From contig CBFFRQ010000079.1 in NCBI GenBank assembly GCA_965644315.1, positions 300,175-364,174 on the forward strand: DNA of 64,000 bases, written 5' to 3'. Below are positions 37,701 to 52,700 of this stretch, piece after piece (the first letter of the stretch is position 1; each line of letters opens with the position of its first letter). The notes beneath the pieces are model-generated. The model worked only from the letters and a program-made list of their open reading frames with translations. It was not told the origin of the DNA and did not search any database. Both the position numbers and the translations under genes were made by a program. Origin of the DNA: Caecitellus pseudoparvulus (Eukaryota; Protista; Bigyra: Bicosoecida).

Positions 37701-40700
37701 ACGTGCCCTGCTGGGCTTTGTCGAGGACTGCAAGAGTGCGCTGCTGGACAAGGTGGGCTCTGCTGCCTCGGCTGCTCAGTCTGCCATTGGGGCAGCCGTG
37801 TCAGCAGGTGGGCACCCGCTGACACTGTTCCAGCAGCTGGAGTCACACACTGGACTGTGGTTCCACTTGAAGAAGGTGGCGCCCGTGGAAGCCACCATTG
37901 CAAACGCGGGGGGTGCTGCAGCTGGCTTTGCCGCTGCTGTGGAGAAGGATGGGGCTGCGCTGTCAGGACTGGTGTCGGACGCCGCTGCAGGCGCGACCTC
38001 CAAACTGGTTCCCGCTGACCACAAGCGCAAGACTGTGGCGTCTGTCGCCCTGGAGCCGCTGTCTAGCAAGCTGCGCACGCCCGCAGGCGACATCGTGCTG
38101 TCCCTGTCCGCTGGGGATGCTGCAGGGCTCATTGGGCGCACGCTGGGCGACCAGCACCAGCCCGACTCCCTCAGCCGCATCAACGACTGGGACTACGACA
38201 TCAACCCCCCCGAGCGATTGCAGCAGGCTGTGACGTTCCTGACAGAGAACCCACAGCGGCTGCGGGCTGCAGTGGCGTATTTCGCGGACCAGGACACGTC
38301 TTCTGAGGTGCTGGAGCACATTCAAGGGGGTGGGGCGGCGACTCAGGTCATGGAGCGTCTCATGGCGTCCTCGTCCGTCGTGCAGCAGCTGACGCCCATC
38401 GCCACGAATGTGTTCAGCTTCCTGACCAACCTGCAAGGCACGGTGCAGACGCTGCTGTCGCACACTTCTGTACCGCCACACCCTGCCCACCTGGCGCGGG
38501 CCACTGCCCTGGCCTACGCCAAGGAGGAGGGGTTCGTGTCCAGCTACTCTATCCTGCTGCAGCGGTTGGGGACACTGTTCGGGGGCATCGCGCCGTTGCT
38601 GGGGACGCAGGTGGGCCCAGACCTGTGCAGGGGTGTGGGTGCAGCCTTCTTCATCATGGCAGGCTTGGCGTCCATGGACGCTGGCAGCTTTGACGTGGAC
38701 AGCCTGCTGCGTCTGTCTGACGGGGACGAGGAGGAGGAGGCAGAGTCGGCGGACCGCAGCCAGGGCGCCTTTGCGGGTGTGCAGGGCTCCGGCACCGCCT
38801 CAGGACAGGGGCACAAGGCTGTCGTGTCACACATCGGGCACTACCACGTGAGCACCATGCAGAAGTGCTTCGGCAAGGCGTGGCGCATGCTGGTACGACC
38901 GCCCACTGCGGCACAGGGCGCCGGGGCCGACCCGTCGGCCGCCGGCAGTGCAGCGGAGAAGTACGGCCCGTGGGTGGAAGCGCTGCGTGCGTCCATGGCA
39001 GCGGACTTCGAGTCAGAGTCGGTGCTGACCACTGACTCCATTCCTCGTGAGTTCCGCCAGATGCTGGCGGTGGTGAAGCACTTGCGTGCGCTGCTGCCGC
39101 TCATCATCGACGGAGTCGTGACGGCGTCCAACTTCACCCTGAACACCACCATGACCCTCAAGTCTCTGCAGGTGGCGCAGGGGGCAGATGAGTCCGGCAT
39201 CTCCCCCACCGCCATCCTCACCGCACTGCGCTCCAGCCCCCTCCTGTCTGTGCACGACATGGCGCAGGAGCTGGTGAAGCTGCTCATCGACGCGCGCCTG
39301 GTGGACCCCTCAGTGTCCACCGCCATCAGCGACAAGGTGGGCAAGGTGTCTCGCATGACGGACAGCATGGCCGCTGCTGCCACTGGCGCAGCCAAGACTG
39401 CCACTGCGCTGAAGGAGGACGACAGGGTGGCCTCTGAAGCCCTCTTCAACGCCATCGTGTCCCTGCTGCACCTGGTGCTGTGCTCCACGGGGCACAAGCT
39501 CATGCGTGCCGCAGACATCTCTGCGTCAGTGCAGGCTGAGGCGGAGGCTGCCAAGCGCGCAGCTGCCTCCACCGCCGCCGACGCAGTGGACGACGCCGCA
39601 CTCATCAGCCAGCTGGCTGAGACTGCGCGCCAGGAGGCCATGCGCACAATTAATGAGCGCCTGGAAATGCTCATGGGCGCGCTGATGCTGGAGGCCAAGA
39701 ACCAGCTGCCAGGCACTGCCACTGCGTACTGGAGCCTCGTGTCTGCGGCGACAGCGGACGACGCCAAGGAGATCGTCTCTGCCGGTCTGCGCCTGGGCGA
39801 CAAGATGGGTCTGCGTGACGCAGCTTCCCTCATCGGTGTCGCCACGGGGCAGAAATCCTTCATGGAGGACGTGCGGTCGCTTGCTGTGGCCGCGTCGTGC
39901 AACCCTCGCATCGCGTACGGACTGGTGGGTCTGGCCACGGGCAGCACTGAGTTCCTCGTGGCAGGTGCCTCTGCCATCTGTTCCGCGTTCTCCGTGCCCA
40001 ATGAGGAGCACTTCGTCTCCATGGTGCGCATCATCCGCACCCAACTCAGCGACCTGGGCGCCTTCGTCCCTGTGGCCACCTCACTGGAGGTGTCTCCTGA
40101 CCTGCTGGCCGGCATCATGTCGTCAGCTTCAGGACCGCGCTTCGCGCGGTACGTCGCGGCGAACTCTAACTTCGTCTCGTCCGTGGGACTGTCCACGGAC
40201 CTCGTGCCCACCGCCGCAACGCTGGCCAGGCTCGCACATGGCGACGTGGAGGTGGCAGCCGACCTGCTCAAGGATGACCCGGCCTGTGCCGACGTCATGC
40301 GTGCCATCGAGCTGACGCAGGCCACTGACATCCACTCTTTTACGCGGCTGCTGCAGGAGCTCACGGCCAACCCTGCCTTTCCGCGCATTGTGCCACTGAT
40401 GGACTGCTGGGGCAGCGTGCTCCTCCCTGTGCCCACTGCAGCGCACATCATGTCTGCACTGCTGTCTGGGTCCTTCGCCGGTGCCTCTTCTATCAGCCTC
40501 ATGATTGACATTGCTGCAAAACTGAGCGTGCCAGTGCACCACCTGCTGGCGGTGCTGGTGGATGTCATCCTGCAGCACGTGGAGACTCGCGAAGCCAAGG
40601 AGGTGGGCAAGACGTCAAAATACTCAGAGAGCTCCTCCACCATGCAGGCTGCGCTGCACTTGGGCGGCGGCCGCGAAAAGGTGCTGCTGAGTGCGTCCTC

Positions 40701-43700
40701 AGGCGCCCACTTGGTGGCGCTGCTGTCTGAGAAGGTGCGTCATGACGACAACTGCAACACCCGCATGCTGCACGGCGTGATGGCTGACGCGGAGCCGATA
40801 CAATACGCCCGCCTGCACGCGCGGTACCTATCCAAGAAGCTGGCTTCAGCACGCCCCACGGCGGGGAAGAAGGTAAAGGCCTCCCAGGCAGTGGAAGAGG
40901 TGGCGTCCACTCCTGTGTCGGAGGTGAACCCTCTGGCCCTGCCGCTGGACCGTGATGGGCACGCTAAGGCGTTCTTGGCGTCCCAGATCGGCGTGCGGGA
41001 CTGCCTGGCGGTGCAGCGCTCGCTGGATATGATCACACCCGGTATGAAGTACATCATGTCGGAGGTGGACCCGTCCGAGGAGAAGGGCGTGGTCCCGAGT
41101 GACAGAGTCCCTACCGCCTCTGGGTCAGTCATCCGCTGGCCAGCGCCCAAGGATAAAGATGCCATGAAGGCGGGGGATGTCACGACGTCACCTGCGGAGG
41201 TGCACAAGGTGTACCGGGAGGATGTCGTGCCCCCCGTCATCACCGGCGTGCAGATGCCCTCCACCACGATCGGAGACATTCACAGCGACCCCGCTCTGCA
41301 CGCCACTGCCCCGTCCTTGACGGAGGTGCTGGGCGACTCTGAGCTATGTGGCGGCACACGGGAGCAGCAAATTGACACCCTCACAGCGTGGCTGTCCTCG
41401 CTACAGGCAGCGCTGGCGGCAGATGACGTAGAGTCGTCCACTGGCGGCGGCATGGCGGCTGAACGCTCCAAGAATGGCAGCAAGGCGCCCGAACAGGGCC
41501 TCGCAGACCAGCACGTGGACGTGCTGTGGCGCATGGCAGCCTCGGCGGCAGAGGAGTTTGCCAAGGACCCCCTGAAGACAGTGCTGGGGCCGGAAGAGGC
41601 GGAGGTGTCGGGGGGGCAGGACTTTTCCAGCTACAGTCTGCAAGGGGAGAGTGAGCGCCCCGTGCGCAAGTCGCTGCGGGGCAAGTACCCCTGGCTGCAC
41701 GTGGGGCACAAGAGCCCCCCACCCAGCATGTTTGTGCATGGGAATGGGTCCAAGATGCAGGTGTGGTCATACCATGCTCCCGTCTCATCCCTGCTCGCCC
41801 TACTGAAGGTGGTTATGGGCCACCCTCTGCGCAAGGCAGAGCTGCCGTGGGTGTTTACACAGCGCAGCGCGGCATTCCCAGGCTCCAAGGGGCCCGTTCT
41901 GGATGCCTTGCGCCGGTACAGCATCACATATGTGGCGGCACCATACAATGCGTCGGCCCCCATCTCCCCCGCAGAAGCCACGGTTCGGGTGGCGTGCAAG
42001 GAGATCTCCACGGGGACCTCTGACCCCGTCTTGCTGCCCACTCTGCCAGGTGGAGACCGAGGCAAGGGCCTCCTGACCTCCCTTGCTGCCATGTTGGACT
42101 TCTCAGCCATGTCCAGCCGGCTGCGCCGTGAGATCATGGGCATGGCGCGCAAGGCTGCTGCCAAGGCCGGCACAGCAGTCTTGGAGGCAGGGCGTGAGAA
42201 GTTGGCTGACCTGCAGGAACGAGGCGCAGCGCAGCGCGAGGAGATGCTGCAAAAGGCTGAGGGTGCCCGTGCCGCTGCCACCGCAAAGCTGGGCGAAGTC
42301 GCCGGCCAAGCGGCTGAGTTGAAGGACAAGGCTCTGCAGCATGCCTCAGCAGCACAGGCAAAGGCCGCTGATGCCCAAGCAGGCTTGCAGCGCGCCATGG
42401 GGGAGGCAGAACATCACGTGGCCAGCGCAGCGCACAATCTGCAGTCTGCAGCTGGCCAAGCAGCTGGCTCTCTTTTCCCCGAGGACTTGAATCTGGAAGC
42501 CCTGGCGCACAAAGTGAAGGACGCCAAGCCTGCGCTGTGGGACTCCACGGAGCACGTTGTGGCAGGGCTAGTGTCTGCTGCGGGGCACTTGAAGCAAGCC
42601 ACCAGCGCCCTGCGGCAGCGCATGGAGGCCGGTGCAGTGAAGCTGCGGTCCACTGTGCAGCGCCTGAAAGACCAGCTGGTGCAGGAGCTGGACAGAGTTC
42701 GGAAGACGGTGGACCCCGTGCAGATGGGGGCGAACCGCTTGCGCCAGCGCGAGATGCTGCTGCTGTCTAACGTGTTCCGGCGCTCTACCATGCGCAGCGC
42801 AGTTCTGCGCCGGGAACTGCTCAAGCGCGTGGCGCGTCTGCGTGATGACTTCGAGACGACGCTCAAGGTGGAAGCAAAGGAGGCCAAGGCTGCGATGGCA
42901 GCTGCAGCCTCCAGCGCGCAGGAGCAGGGCGCACAGGCTGGGAGTCGGGCACGCCTGGCTCTGGCAGGGGCAACAGATGGCGCCGCAGTGGCTGCAGCAT
43001 TGGCAGCGGGTGGCGCGTCGCCCGCAGTTGCCGATGACGGGAGCTCCCCTCTGCCTGACCAAGGGCAGCCTAAGGATGTGCTGCAGCCTCAGCGCCCACG
43101 TCCAGGCAAGTTGAAGCAGTTGACGCCACGAAGCCAGGCGCTTGCGCAGGGTGAGGCAGATGTGGCTGCATTTGAGAAGTCTGCGCTGGGCAAGCCGGCC
43201 GCCATTGCCCCGGCTGTGCAGGCAGGCGAGGCCAGTACAGCTGTCGTGGCAGCTGCTACGAGTATTCCCCAAGCCAAGGAGGCTCTGCGCCTTCTGGAGA
43301 GCGGGACCACTGAGGAGTTGGAGGCGTGGGGGAAGGAGCAAGGCATCCTGGACGCTGCTGGGTCACTTCGGGACGCGTTCGTGTCCACGATGGGCCGCAG
43401 CATGACTGCTGTCAAGGCCCGTGTGCTGTCTGCGAAGGAAGCTGCGGACGCTGTGGAGCGCAAGGTGGAGCAGAGTCTGTTGGCTTCGGAGTCGCACTTG
43501 CTGGATGAGGATGACGGACTGCTTGCCCAGGCGGAGAAGGCAAAGAGTGCTGTGTCCAAGAAGGTAGAGTCAGCCGCATCCAGACTGCAGAAGCGCTTAG
43601 CGAGGAACGGCGCTGCAGCACAGAGCGTGCTGAAGGAGCTGTGGGGCGGCGGGCGCGTCTTCGGGCGCCTCATGACCGTGAAGATGGCAACGAGCGTCAT

Positions 43701-46700
43701 GCAAAGTGCCATGGACTTGGCGCAGGCGCAGCTCGTGGCAAAGTTAGGCCCTGCAGCGGGTGTTGCTTCAAAGAACGCACAGGAAGCGGCGAACGCCGCG
43801 GCATCCGGCGCCGCTGCCGCGACGGCGAAGTACCTTGAGCCGGAGGTGCTGCAGCAGGCCATGCGCACACTGCAGGACATGGCGTTGAAGCTGAAGCTGA
43901 GTCTATCCCAAGCCCGCGCACTGGCTGACACCGCTTTGATCACCCTGGAGAAGGAGGAGAGTAAGGTGAGAGACTTGGTGGAGAAGGCGGGGAAGGAGGC
44001 TGGGGAGAAGGGCAAGGAGCACGTGGAGGCGGCCATGCGCCGGTTCGTGGTGTCGGAGTCCGAGGCAGAGGCGTGGCTGAAGATGTGGGAGGACATGATG
44101 TTCCAGCAGGCCAACTCGTTTGGCGAGGACACCTCTGACGAGGACTCCTCCAGCGACGAGGAGGAGTTCCTTCAGAGCGTCCTGCCTGGGACCTTCAAGG
44201 ACGAAGCGCTCAAGTCCATGGCCTCGGAGTTCGACACGCTCGTGGACGATGTGAAGGTTAGCGTGGAGGACTTGTTGCCGGCATCTAGGCTGAGCAAGGG
44301 CGGCCGGCCACCGAAGGATGGGCTGCGTGACGCCGAAATCCGCTCCTCTGTCATCGCCGACGAGTTGCGGACGTGGAACGAGTCGGGGCGCATCCCTCAC
44401 GCGCTGGTGATGAGCCTGCTCACCAACATGGTGGCAGACGATGCCGTGTCCACCTCTGCGCCCGACCTAGACAAGCTGTGGGCGCTTACGGTGATGAACA
44501 AGCCCATGAGCTTCGTTGCTTTCGACCGCGATGCTGACATCGGCACAGCCCTCATCCCTGACAAGCGAGTCTTCCCGGCGCTGCGGGCAGTGCACGTACT
44601 GGCGCACATTACCAGCGTGCACCACGCACGGGCCATCCCCGGCCTATCCGAGCTGTTGCTGCCGCTGACCATGGCCCTGCGCGTGCCTCCCGAGAGCTTC
44701 ATGACCCTGGCCATGATGATTTGGGGCGATGTCGCGGCGGTGGACTCAGCCGCCCGCTCCTTCCTGCAACTGCCTTCGAACACAGCTCGTCTGTTCATGG
44801 GTGCCTCCCTGCCTTCGTCAGCCAACAGCTTCAAACAGCTGAAGGACCCGAAAGACATTCGCAAGCGCCAGCTGCTCATGGGCGCTGTGCGAGGCCGGCG
44901 GCGGGATTTGTACAAGCTGGGCTTGCTGATTTTCACGGGCAACCCCGACAGCACCAGCCCAACGACAGACCTTGTGAGTGCTGGGGCTGCTGCACAGGCT
45001 CAGGCTGCCGCCAAGCCCAAGGCTGCCCCAACTGGCGGCGCTGCAAGTGGCGGACCCAGCGCCCGGCTGAAGCGCCAGGCCAGTAAACGGCAGGCGTCAA
45101 AGCAGAAATCTGCTCGCACGCCCCATGCTGCAGCAGGCGCTGCGAGCGACCATATTGACGACACTGACGACGTGGGGAATCCAGGGTCTGTGACGGATGC
45201 CCGGGAGGGCTCAGGCCGAGGCAAGAAGGCAGGCGCGTCGGCCAAGGTGGCGCCAGAGCATGCGGCACAGTTGCCATCAAGTCCGCCAGGTGCAGAGCCA
45301 GATGAGTCCTCCAGCACACGCAAGCTGCAAGCTGAACCAGCACGGGGGTCGACTGCCAAGAAGCAAGAGACGCAAGCCGGACCAGCAGCACAGGCTGGCA
45401 ACGCTGGTACGCGGGCGAAGCGGCCCATCCAAGACCACCTGTACGGCTTGCACGACGACTCGGCAGCCCGCATCGTGTCTGAGCTGCTCAAGGGCAAGCA
45501 CGTGCGCAGTCCGGCGCTGTTCGTCCAGGAGTGCAACTTCCTGCGCCGCAACTACGAGACGCTTGATGTGTTCCAGCACTCCACGGCCATGGAGCGGGTG
45601 ATGAACCCCAGCTACCGCCAAGCCCAGGTGCGCTTGTTCACCCTGGACACGTTCTTGCGTCTGTGGGCCATGCTAGCAGGCGATGGGGGGGACCTGGGTG
45701 ACATTGACTACGTGGACACTGCCCTGCACGATGCTGTGTCTGGCTTTGCCCCAGTGCAGTCGGGAGATCCCACGGCGGCACTCATGTCTTCACCAGTCTG
45801 CCGTGAACTGGCCTCGGCAGCTTCAGGCGGCGGCGTCGGCTCTTCCGCCGCTGGGCGAACGACAGGTGTCCGACGCACCACCTCGTCAGCGTTTGTCAAC
45901 CGCGACTTGCCTGACATGTTGCAGCGTCTGTCACTGGCGGCGTTGTCCCCAGCGCTGCAGGGCATGATTCACCTTCGAGACGGCCGCGTCGGTGCTGGCA
46001 TTGACGAGCTGACCAGCATCATTTGCTCAGTGCGCGACCATGTGAAGGACCGTTCGGCTGCTGCTGCGGGCGCGTTTGGGGTCGGCACAAACCTGATTGT
46101 GTCCAGCGTCGGCTCCCCGCCCACAGACAGGCTGCACGGGCGAATGTTGGTGTATTTTGCGCTGTCTGTCATGCATGCGGCATGTGGGCGCACACTGTCC
46201 ATGCACCGACGCAACATGTTCGAAGGGCTCGCCTCGCCAGCGGTCGTGTCGGCTTACTCCATGCGCTCCACTGTGCGGCGGTGGGGCAACCTGGCCAGCA
46301 TTGAGGAGCTGGAGAGAGTCGAAAGCCTGCCTGCCAGCGAGCGGTTCAAGCTGGTGGAGCGCATGCTGCAGCGCGAGGTGGGCCCCTTGGACAAATTCCT
46401 GGACTCGCAAGTAGAGGAGCTGGAGGAGAAGTTCCCCGACTCGTACGACGACGCGAAGCAGTCGTATGACCTGGAGACGGAAGAGGGCAGGGCGGACATG
46501 GCCATGCATGCGTTGCGAGAGGTGCGTGGGCCCGTCACAGACGATGACATCCAGTACATGCTACGCCTGCAGCACACGGCGCGTTCCGAGGCCACCTACA
46601 TGCAGCGAGTGCTGTCCCTGTCGGTGTTTCAGATGGCACAGATGACCTCTGCAGCCAATGCCCACGGCAAGGCACCCGGGAGCGAGGGCAAACTGAGTGC

Positions 46701-49700
46701 CGCTGAGCGATGGGCTCAGTTGCGTGAGTCTGTCACGCTGTCCAAGGCCATCGCGAGCTTGAAGGCGTCTGAGAAGTCCGACAAGAGTCGGGCACGGGGA
46801 GGTGGTGGTGCCGCCAAGTCTGACTTGGGGGATGCGGTCGGTGCCGCTGTTGGCGACGGGTCTGGGACAGGCGCTTCGTCAGAAAAGAGCATGAAGTCTC
46901 GTGCCATCGTGGCGGCAGCGTACCGCCTGGCGCGGCAGGACCTGGCTGTCAGTCGAATGGCTTGCCGCACGTACGTGCCGCCCGCTTTCGTCGCCACTGC
47001 GCCGTTCACCCTGTCTGCGGCTGGGGCGCCGCTTCCTGCGCTGCAGAGTCTGTGGTGCTCACCCCCGTCTCTGTCTTCTGCCCAAGCCATCACCCAGTCT
47101 GTGGAAGAAGACGCCTTCATGAGCAAGGAGGGGCAGTTTTCGTGGCACAGTGAGGCCAAAGAGCCTATCGTGCCGGAGCCCACGCCCGAGCTGGCACGGC
47201 TGCCCAAGACACAGCGCAAGGCAGCAGGCACAGGCGACAAGGTCTTGCGCACTGCGCCAACTGATGCAGCTGCATCGGAATTCGTGCCGACAGCTCCCTC
47301 CGGGCGCTTTGGCAAGGCCGAGGCGGAGACGGAGGACGACATCGCGGCTGAAATCAAGCGGCATGCAGCTGCCACAGCGTTCCTGGACGCCGCGGAGGAG
47401 GCGGGCTTTGTACGGACTGAGCGGCAGCAACGTGAAGCGCAGGAGGCGGCAGGCTTAGGCAGCGCAGCAGCGGCACCTTCGCCCACCCGGGTGCGAGGGC
47501 GGCGTGTGGCTGCGGGGCTGCAGGCCAACGCCCAGGACATGCAAGTTCGCATGTCCGCCCGAGAGGCGATGGTGCGCATGTTTGTGCCCAGCTTCATCCT
47601 GCCCCGTGCGCGCCGAGCTGAGCGGTCCCTAACACAGTGGTCCCCTGTCCACGGGTACTTGCTGCCCAAGGCGGTGGTGCAGTACCTGCTGCGGCCGGTG
47701 CTGGCAGAGGGCATGGCTCGCGAGATCGGGCAGGCATATGACTCCGAGACCATCCGAGCGTCGGTGGAGAAGGTGGAGTCCCGCGTGCAGTACGCCGTGT
47801 CAGAGTTCGCCCAGCGCATCTCATGTGTGGTGGCGCAGTTCCCCATGCATCGGGCATCACACTTGATGGGCACGCTGGCCCTGGAGCAAGTGGTTGTGGG
47901 CATCAACCAGCTGTGCATCGACTCCCCCAACGCCTCCGAAGGCCTTTCACGCACCAAGTCCAGCATCAAGTACCTGGCGTACTTGGTGACGACCATGCTG
48001 AAGCACAGTTTCCGCCCTTCCCTGCCTTTCATCCAATCTGGCAGTGCCGGCGTGGAGGACGACACTTCCGGTGCGGCAGGCCCAGCCGCGGCCGTCACAG
48101 CCCGGCCTGCCGCTGTGCAAGGCTCATCTGAAGGTGCCATGCTGCAGGTCCTGACACCAGGCGCCGACACGGTGGTGTCCATGAACGGCACGTTCTCCGT
48201 GGAGGTGGAAGACCGTGCAGAGCAGGGGCTGTCCTGGATCGCCATGCCTCAGCTGCGCGTGTCACGCGGCAAGCACTACTTTGAAGTGGAGGTCAGCGGC
48301 GTGAAGGATGTGGAGGGGTACGGCAAGATGGTAGCAATTGGCTTCATGGATGATTCGCGCAAGTTGGAGCCGGTGGATTACAACGAACATCTGGGCGGTG
48401 TGCAGGGCGAGTGGGCCGTCGCGCCCCTGCGCGGCGAAATCCGCGGAGGCACGTCCAGCTGGCACCCAGCTAGCAGAGTGGCGTACATCACATCACATCC
48501 TGATGCTCAGTACAAGACGGAGGGCAAGCAGTACTTCAAGGACTCCTTCACGCTGTGCTTGGCGGTGGACATGGACAGCCGGTCCATTTTCTTCCGTCTG
48601 GACGGAGACGTGTGGACACAGCTGGACACCCCAGAGATGGTGCTGGCGTTCAACCACATCGTCTACTTTGGCGGGTTGACGCCAGTGATGAGCATTGGCA
48701 GCGCCAAGGTGCAAGTGCGCGCATTTGCCCCTGATGCCGCAGCGATGTCGTCCGAGGAGCGCTGCAAGTTCCTGCGACCATCGGCCGACTTTAGCTTCAT
48801 CGGCGATGTATTGAAGCCACCTGAGCGCCAGGTGGGTGAGCAAAGCCGCCCGACGTGTGTGCTGCCCATGTCTGTGCGGTATGGCCTCAGTTTCTGGTGC
48901 TCAGGGGAAGGCACGGAGGTGGTGGAAGATGGCTTCACAGTGCGGACCACTGCCGCGGCCTTGAAGGCGTACGAGGCAGATGACGCCACTGAGCAGCAGT
49001 TCCAGACGTGGAACCCGGCTGACATGTGGCGCATTGGGAATGGGAAGGAGTACAGGGATGTGGTGGATTATAAGAAGGCCGTCACACGGAACTTTGGCAT
49101 GAAGCTCTTTGGCATGGCGTGTGGCGCCACGAGCGGCAAGTGGTACTACGAAGTGAACATTCAGAAGTATGCTGAGTCCACCTTGTACGAAGGCAACCCC
49201 ATCCGCATCGGGTGGTACCAGCCCGACCGCACTCAGCCCAACCCCTTCACACCGGACACCTCGTGCAACACACTTGGGTACGTGGATCGCAGCTGGGCAT
49301 TGGTCATCCCTGATCCCGGCAACAGTAGGCTGAAATTTGAGAGCAGGGACGAGCAGTCTGCACCCTCAAAATCGTTCATGAGAGACGACCAAGACGACCC
49401 TAAGCGTGCCATTCAAGCAGGGGACACTGTGTGTGTTGCCATTGACATTGGCGCGCAGATCATGATGTTCGGGAAGAACGGCAGCTACACTGGGGGATGG
49501 GGCGTCGCCACGTGTAATTTTGCGACTGGAATTCCTCGCGACGCCGACCACAATGAGTTCATGGGCACCTCTGCGCCCATGTGCCCTGCCGTCTGCATCG
49601 CCACTGCCTCTGGAGGCGTGAGCCTGGCCTTGGGCTTCGGTTCAGGCTTGGGCGCCCCGCTTAAGTTCGCGCCACCACCAAGTTTCCGCCCATACGCAGA

Positions 49701-52700
49701 GAGCCTGGTGTCATCCGTTCCCCCTGTGCCGTTGTCAAAGGCAGACATCCTGCGGAGTGCAGAAGGTGGATCTGAAGGTGCAGCAATTGGCCGTCGCCAG
49801 GTGTACTTCAAGCACCCCACGGATGTGGTGGAGTCGCAGCTGGCCGTGCCGGAACCACTCCCGGCTGTCGTGTCTTGCTTGCCGGACGACAAGCCCATGC
49901 CCACCATCTGCGCAGGTACGGCGCTGCTGCACCACGGAGTGACGGTGGCCAAACCCCCCACCGCCCGCCGGGCAGTGAAGCGGGCGGACGGTGTTGGCGC
50001 AGGGAAGACAGCTCGCACAGGGCACGGCATGCGCTCAATGCGTGCATCTACATCTCGGTCAGTGCAGAGCCGACACAGTGTAGCGACTGAGCTTGAGCCC
50101 GTCGAGGTTGTGGAAGGTGCGGCACCTGACCTGGACATGTCGTCGAGCAGCGATGATGAGGAAGGTGGATTTGCGCTGTACGACGATCACGAATCTGTGC
50201 AGCCACAGCAGGTGTCCACTGTCGGGGCGGCAGCTGGGGGAAAGGACTTCAGCCACCTCAGGTACGAAGATGGGGAGGAGGAGGTTGGGGACTATTCCGA
50301 CCTCAAGTACATGCTGGACACAGTGGACGTGGGTGGTGCTGGGGGGCGCTTCGCCGTGGGTGCGCACATGGCTGCCGCCATGACGCGAGGCAAGTGGTAC
50401 TGGGAAGTGACCCTGCATGACCTGCCCCAGGACTGCTCCCTGGGCATCGGTATCGCCAAGTACGAGTTTGTGCAGGCCATGTCTGCGGGCCACGCCGAGG
50501 GCGAAGGGCTCAAGCGCGCGTGGAACAACAATGTGTGGCTTGTGAGCGAGGAAAGCGCCCAGCACGTGTCCATTGCTCCCGACGGCATCCAGCTGTGCAA
50601 AGGCTTCAACGTCTCCTGCTTCAGCAGTGGGTCTCGCATCGGCATCCTGCTGGACATGAACGAGCGCCAGATGTTCATCACTGTGGATGGCTGGACCACC
50701 TCCAAGTGCATGGCCTTTGGCAAAGAGGCATTGCACGAGGCAGACCTGGCAGTCGTGCCCTTCATTCAAGGGCGCACGACCACCACCGAGCAGGCCCTGC
50801 ACGTTCAGTTTAGCTTTGGCGCTGGGGTGTGCCCCACTCCGCTGGCTCACTTTAAGAATGAAGACTCGCACCTGGGCGCTGCGGTGGGAGGTGAGATGTC
50901 TGAGGCGAAAAGCCCTGCCGGGCTGGGGTTCCAGCCCTACGGCAGGCGCCTGCGGCAGGTATTCGGTGCCATCAACACGCGCTTCAATAGGGGCCTGCTG
51001 CTGCTGTACTACGGCAATGCGCGCGTGTCTGAGGACTGCGATGTGCGGTCGGTGCCGTTGAAGGTGTCCGATTCTGGCGGCGTGCTGACATCAGCTCAAC
51101 AAGCTGTTGTGGTCATGCGAGATGCCCTCGTGTCGGGGGGCCGCCACTACTTTGAACTCGAGTACTGCCGCCAGCCTGGCTGCGATGCTTCCTCTCTGCA
51201 GGAATTGTCCATCGGCTGGGCCGATGTCGCCTTCCAGGGCAACAGCGACGAAGCTGGTGTCGGGCACGACGCACACTCGTGGGGCTGGTTGCCCTTTGAA
51301 GCTGGCACCAGACACGGCTTCTTGTACCAGCATGATAGGTTTGGGACCCTTGACCGTGACTTTGAGGATGTGAAAGTTGGCGATGATGGTGCCATGCCAA
51401 GCAAATCCTTGGTGTTTAGCTGTGCTGTCGATGTGGATGCCCGCATCATGATGTGCACGGTCAAGGGTGACTGGTCCAGCCGTGCTTTTGTCGCGTTCCA
51501 GCACTTTGATTTCGTTGAAGGGCTCATGCCTGCCTTCTCCTGCCGAACAAGCACTACGCCCGTCCCACACCGGTTCGTCTTCCGACTGGGTCCGCCTCTG
51601 ACAGCCGCAGAAGACCTCCTCGGGGGCCCGCCTGGCTTCTCGCCCATCGCAGAGGAGGTGGACCTCCCACCCTCATCCGCTGCCATGCAAGAAGCGCTCA
51701 GTGCCCGCCCAGGACGGCCAAGTGCCACAGGTGCAGGGCATGGCGGCGGAGCGGCAGCCTCCGGACGGGACAGCTTCAGCAGCTCTGAGCTGTCCTTGGA
51801 CTTGGCCGGTATGGGTGCCGGTGGCGAAGAGATGCCTGCAGACTGCATGCGCCTTGCACCATCTGCGCCCAATAGTATCGTCACGCTTCCAGCCCCACAT
51901 CGCCGCCTGGGTCTGCAGCTGCTGGGGTCGCAGCTCTTGTGTATCGATGACAACTTGAGTGCGTGGGGTGCTGGTGGCTCGTTCCCCACCGCCGGCATGC
52001 CACAAGGGCGAGTGTGCGGTGGTTTGTGGTACGTGGAGATGCACATGGTGCACGGCAGCCACAATGACGTGCAGGCTGGGTGGGCAGATGAGGAGTTCGT
52101 GGGAGACTGTGCGAATGGATGTGGCACGGGGGACGATGGCCACTCCTGGGGTGCAGATGGAGGCCGCAGCCTCTTGTGGCACAATGGAAGAAAGTCGTGG
52201 GGCGTGCGATGGAACGATGGCGACACGCTGTGTTGCTTGCTTGACGCCACCAACCGCAAGATGTGGTTTGCTGTGAACGGCGAGTACACTGACAAGTCCC
52301 TGGCGTTCCAAGGTGACGAGATGGACTTCTCAGGGTCGCTGTACCCCGTGTTTACTGCATCATCCTACTCCGATGCGCTCATGCACATGCGTGTACGCCA
52401 GGAGGACTTTGCATTCGCCCCAGACTTTGGCGCAGGCAAGCATATACCTGTGGAGGAAGTGGAGGCGCCTGAGCGCCTGCGGGCCCTGTCGGAAGCCATC
52501 GACTTCAACACAGCCATGTTCGATATTCACGGCATTGCAACATCAAGGGCTGACGATGAGCACTGTGGTGGCAGCATCGTGCCACACCTCATCGTGCCAC
52601 ACCCGACGTCGTCAGTGGCCACTCTTGAAGGCATCACTGCCGCCGCTTTTATCCGGAACTCGTCTTCGGATGAAGGTCACGCCTGCTTGCGCCTCGTTAC

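Noticed and set aside
30676-48245. Long antisense ORFs (e.g. 34857-37448, 38841-40643, 46716-48245)
   Set aside because: Shadow ORFs expected opposite GC3-rich coding sequence; no recognisable motifs.
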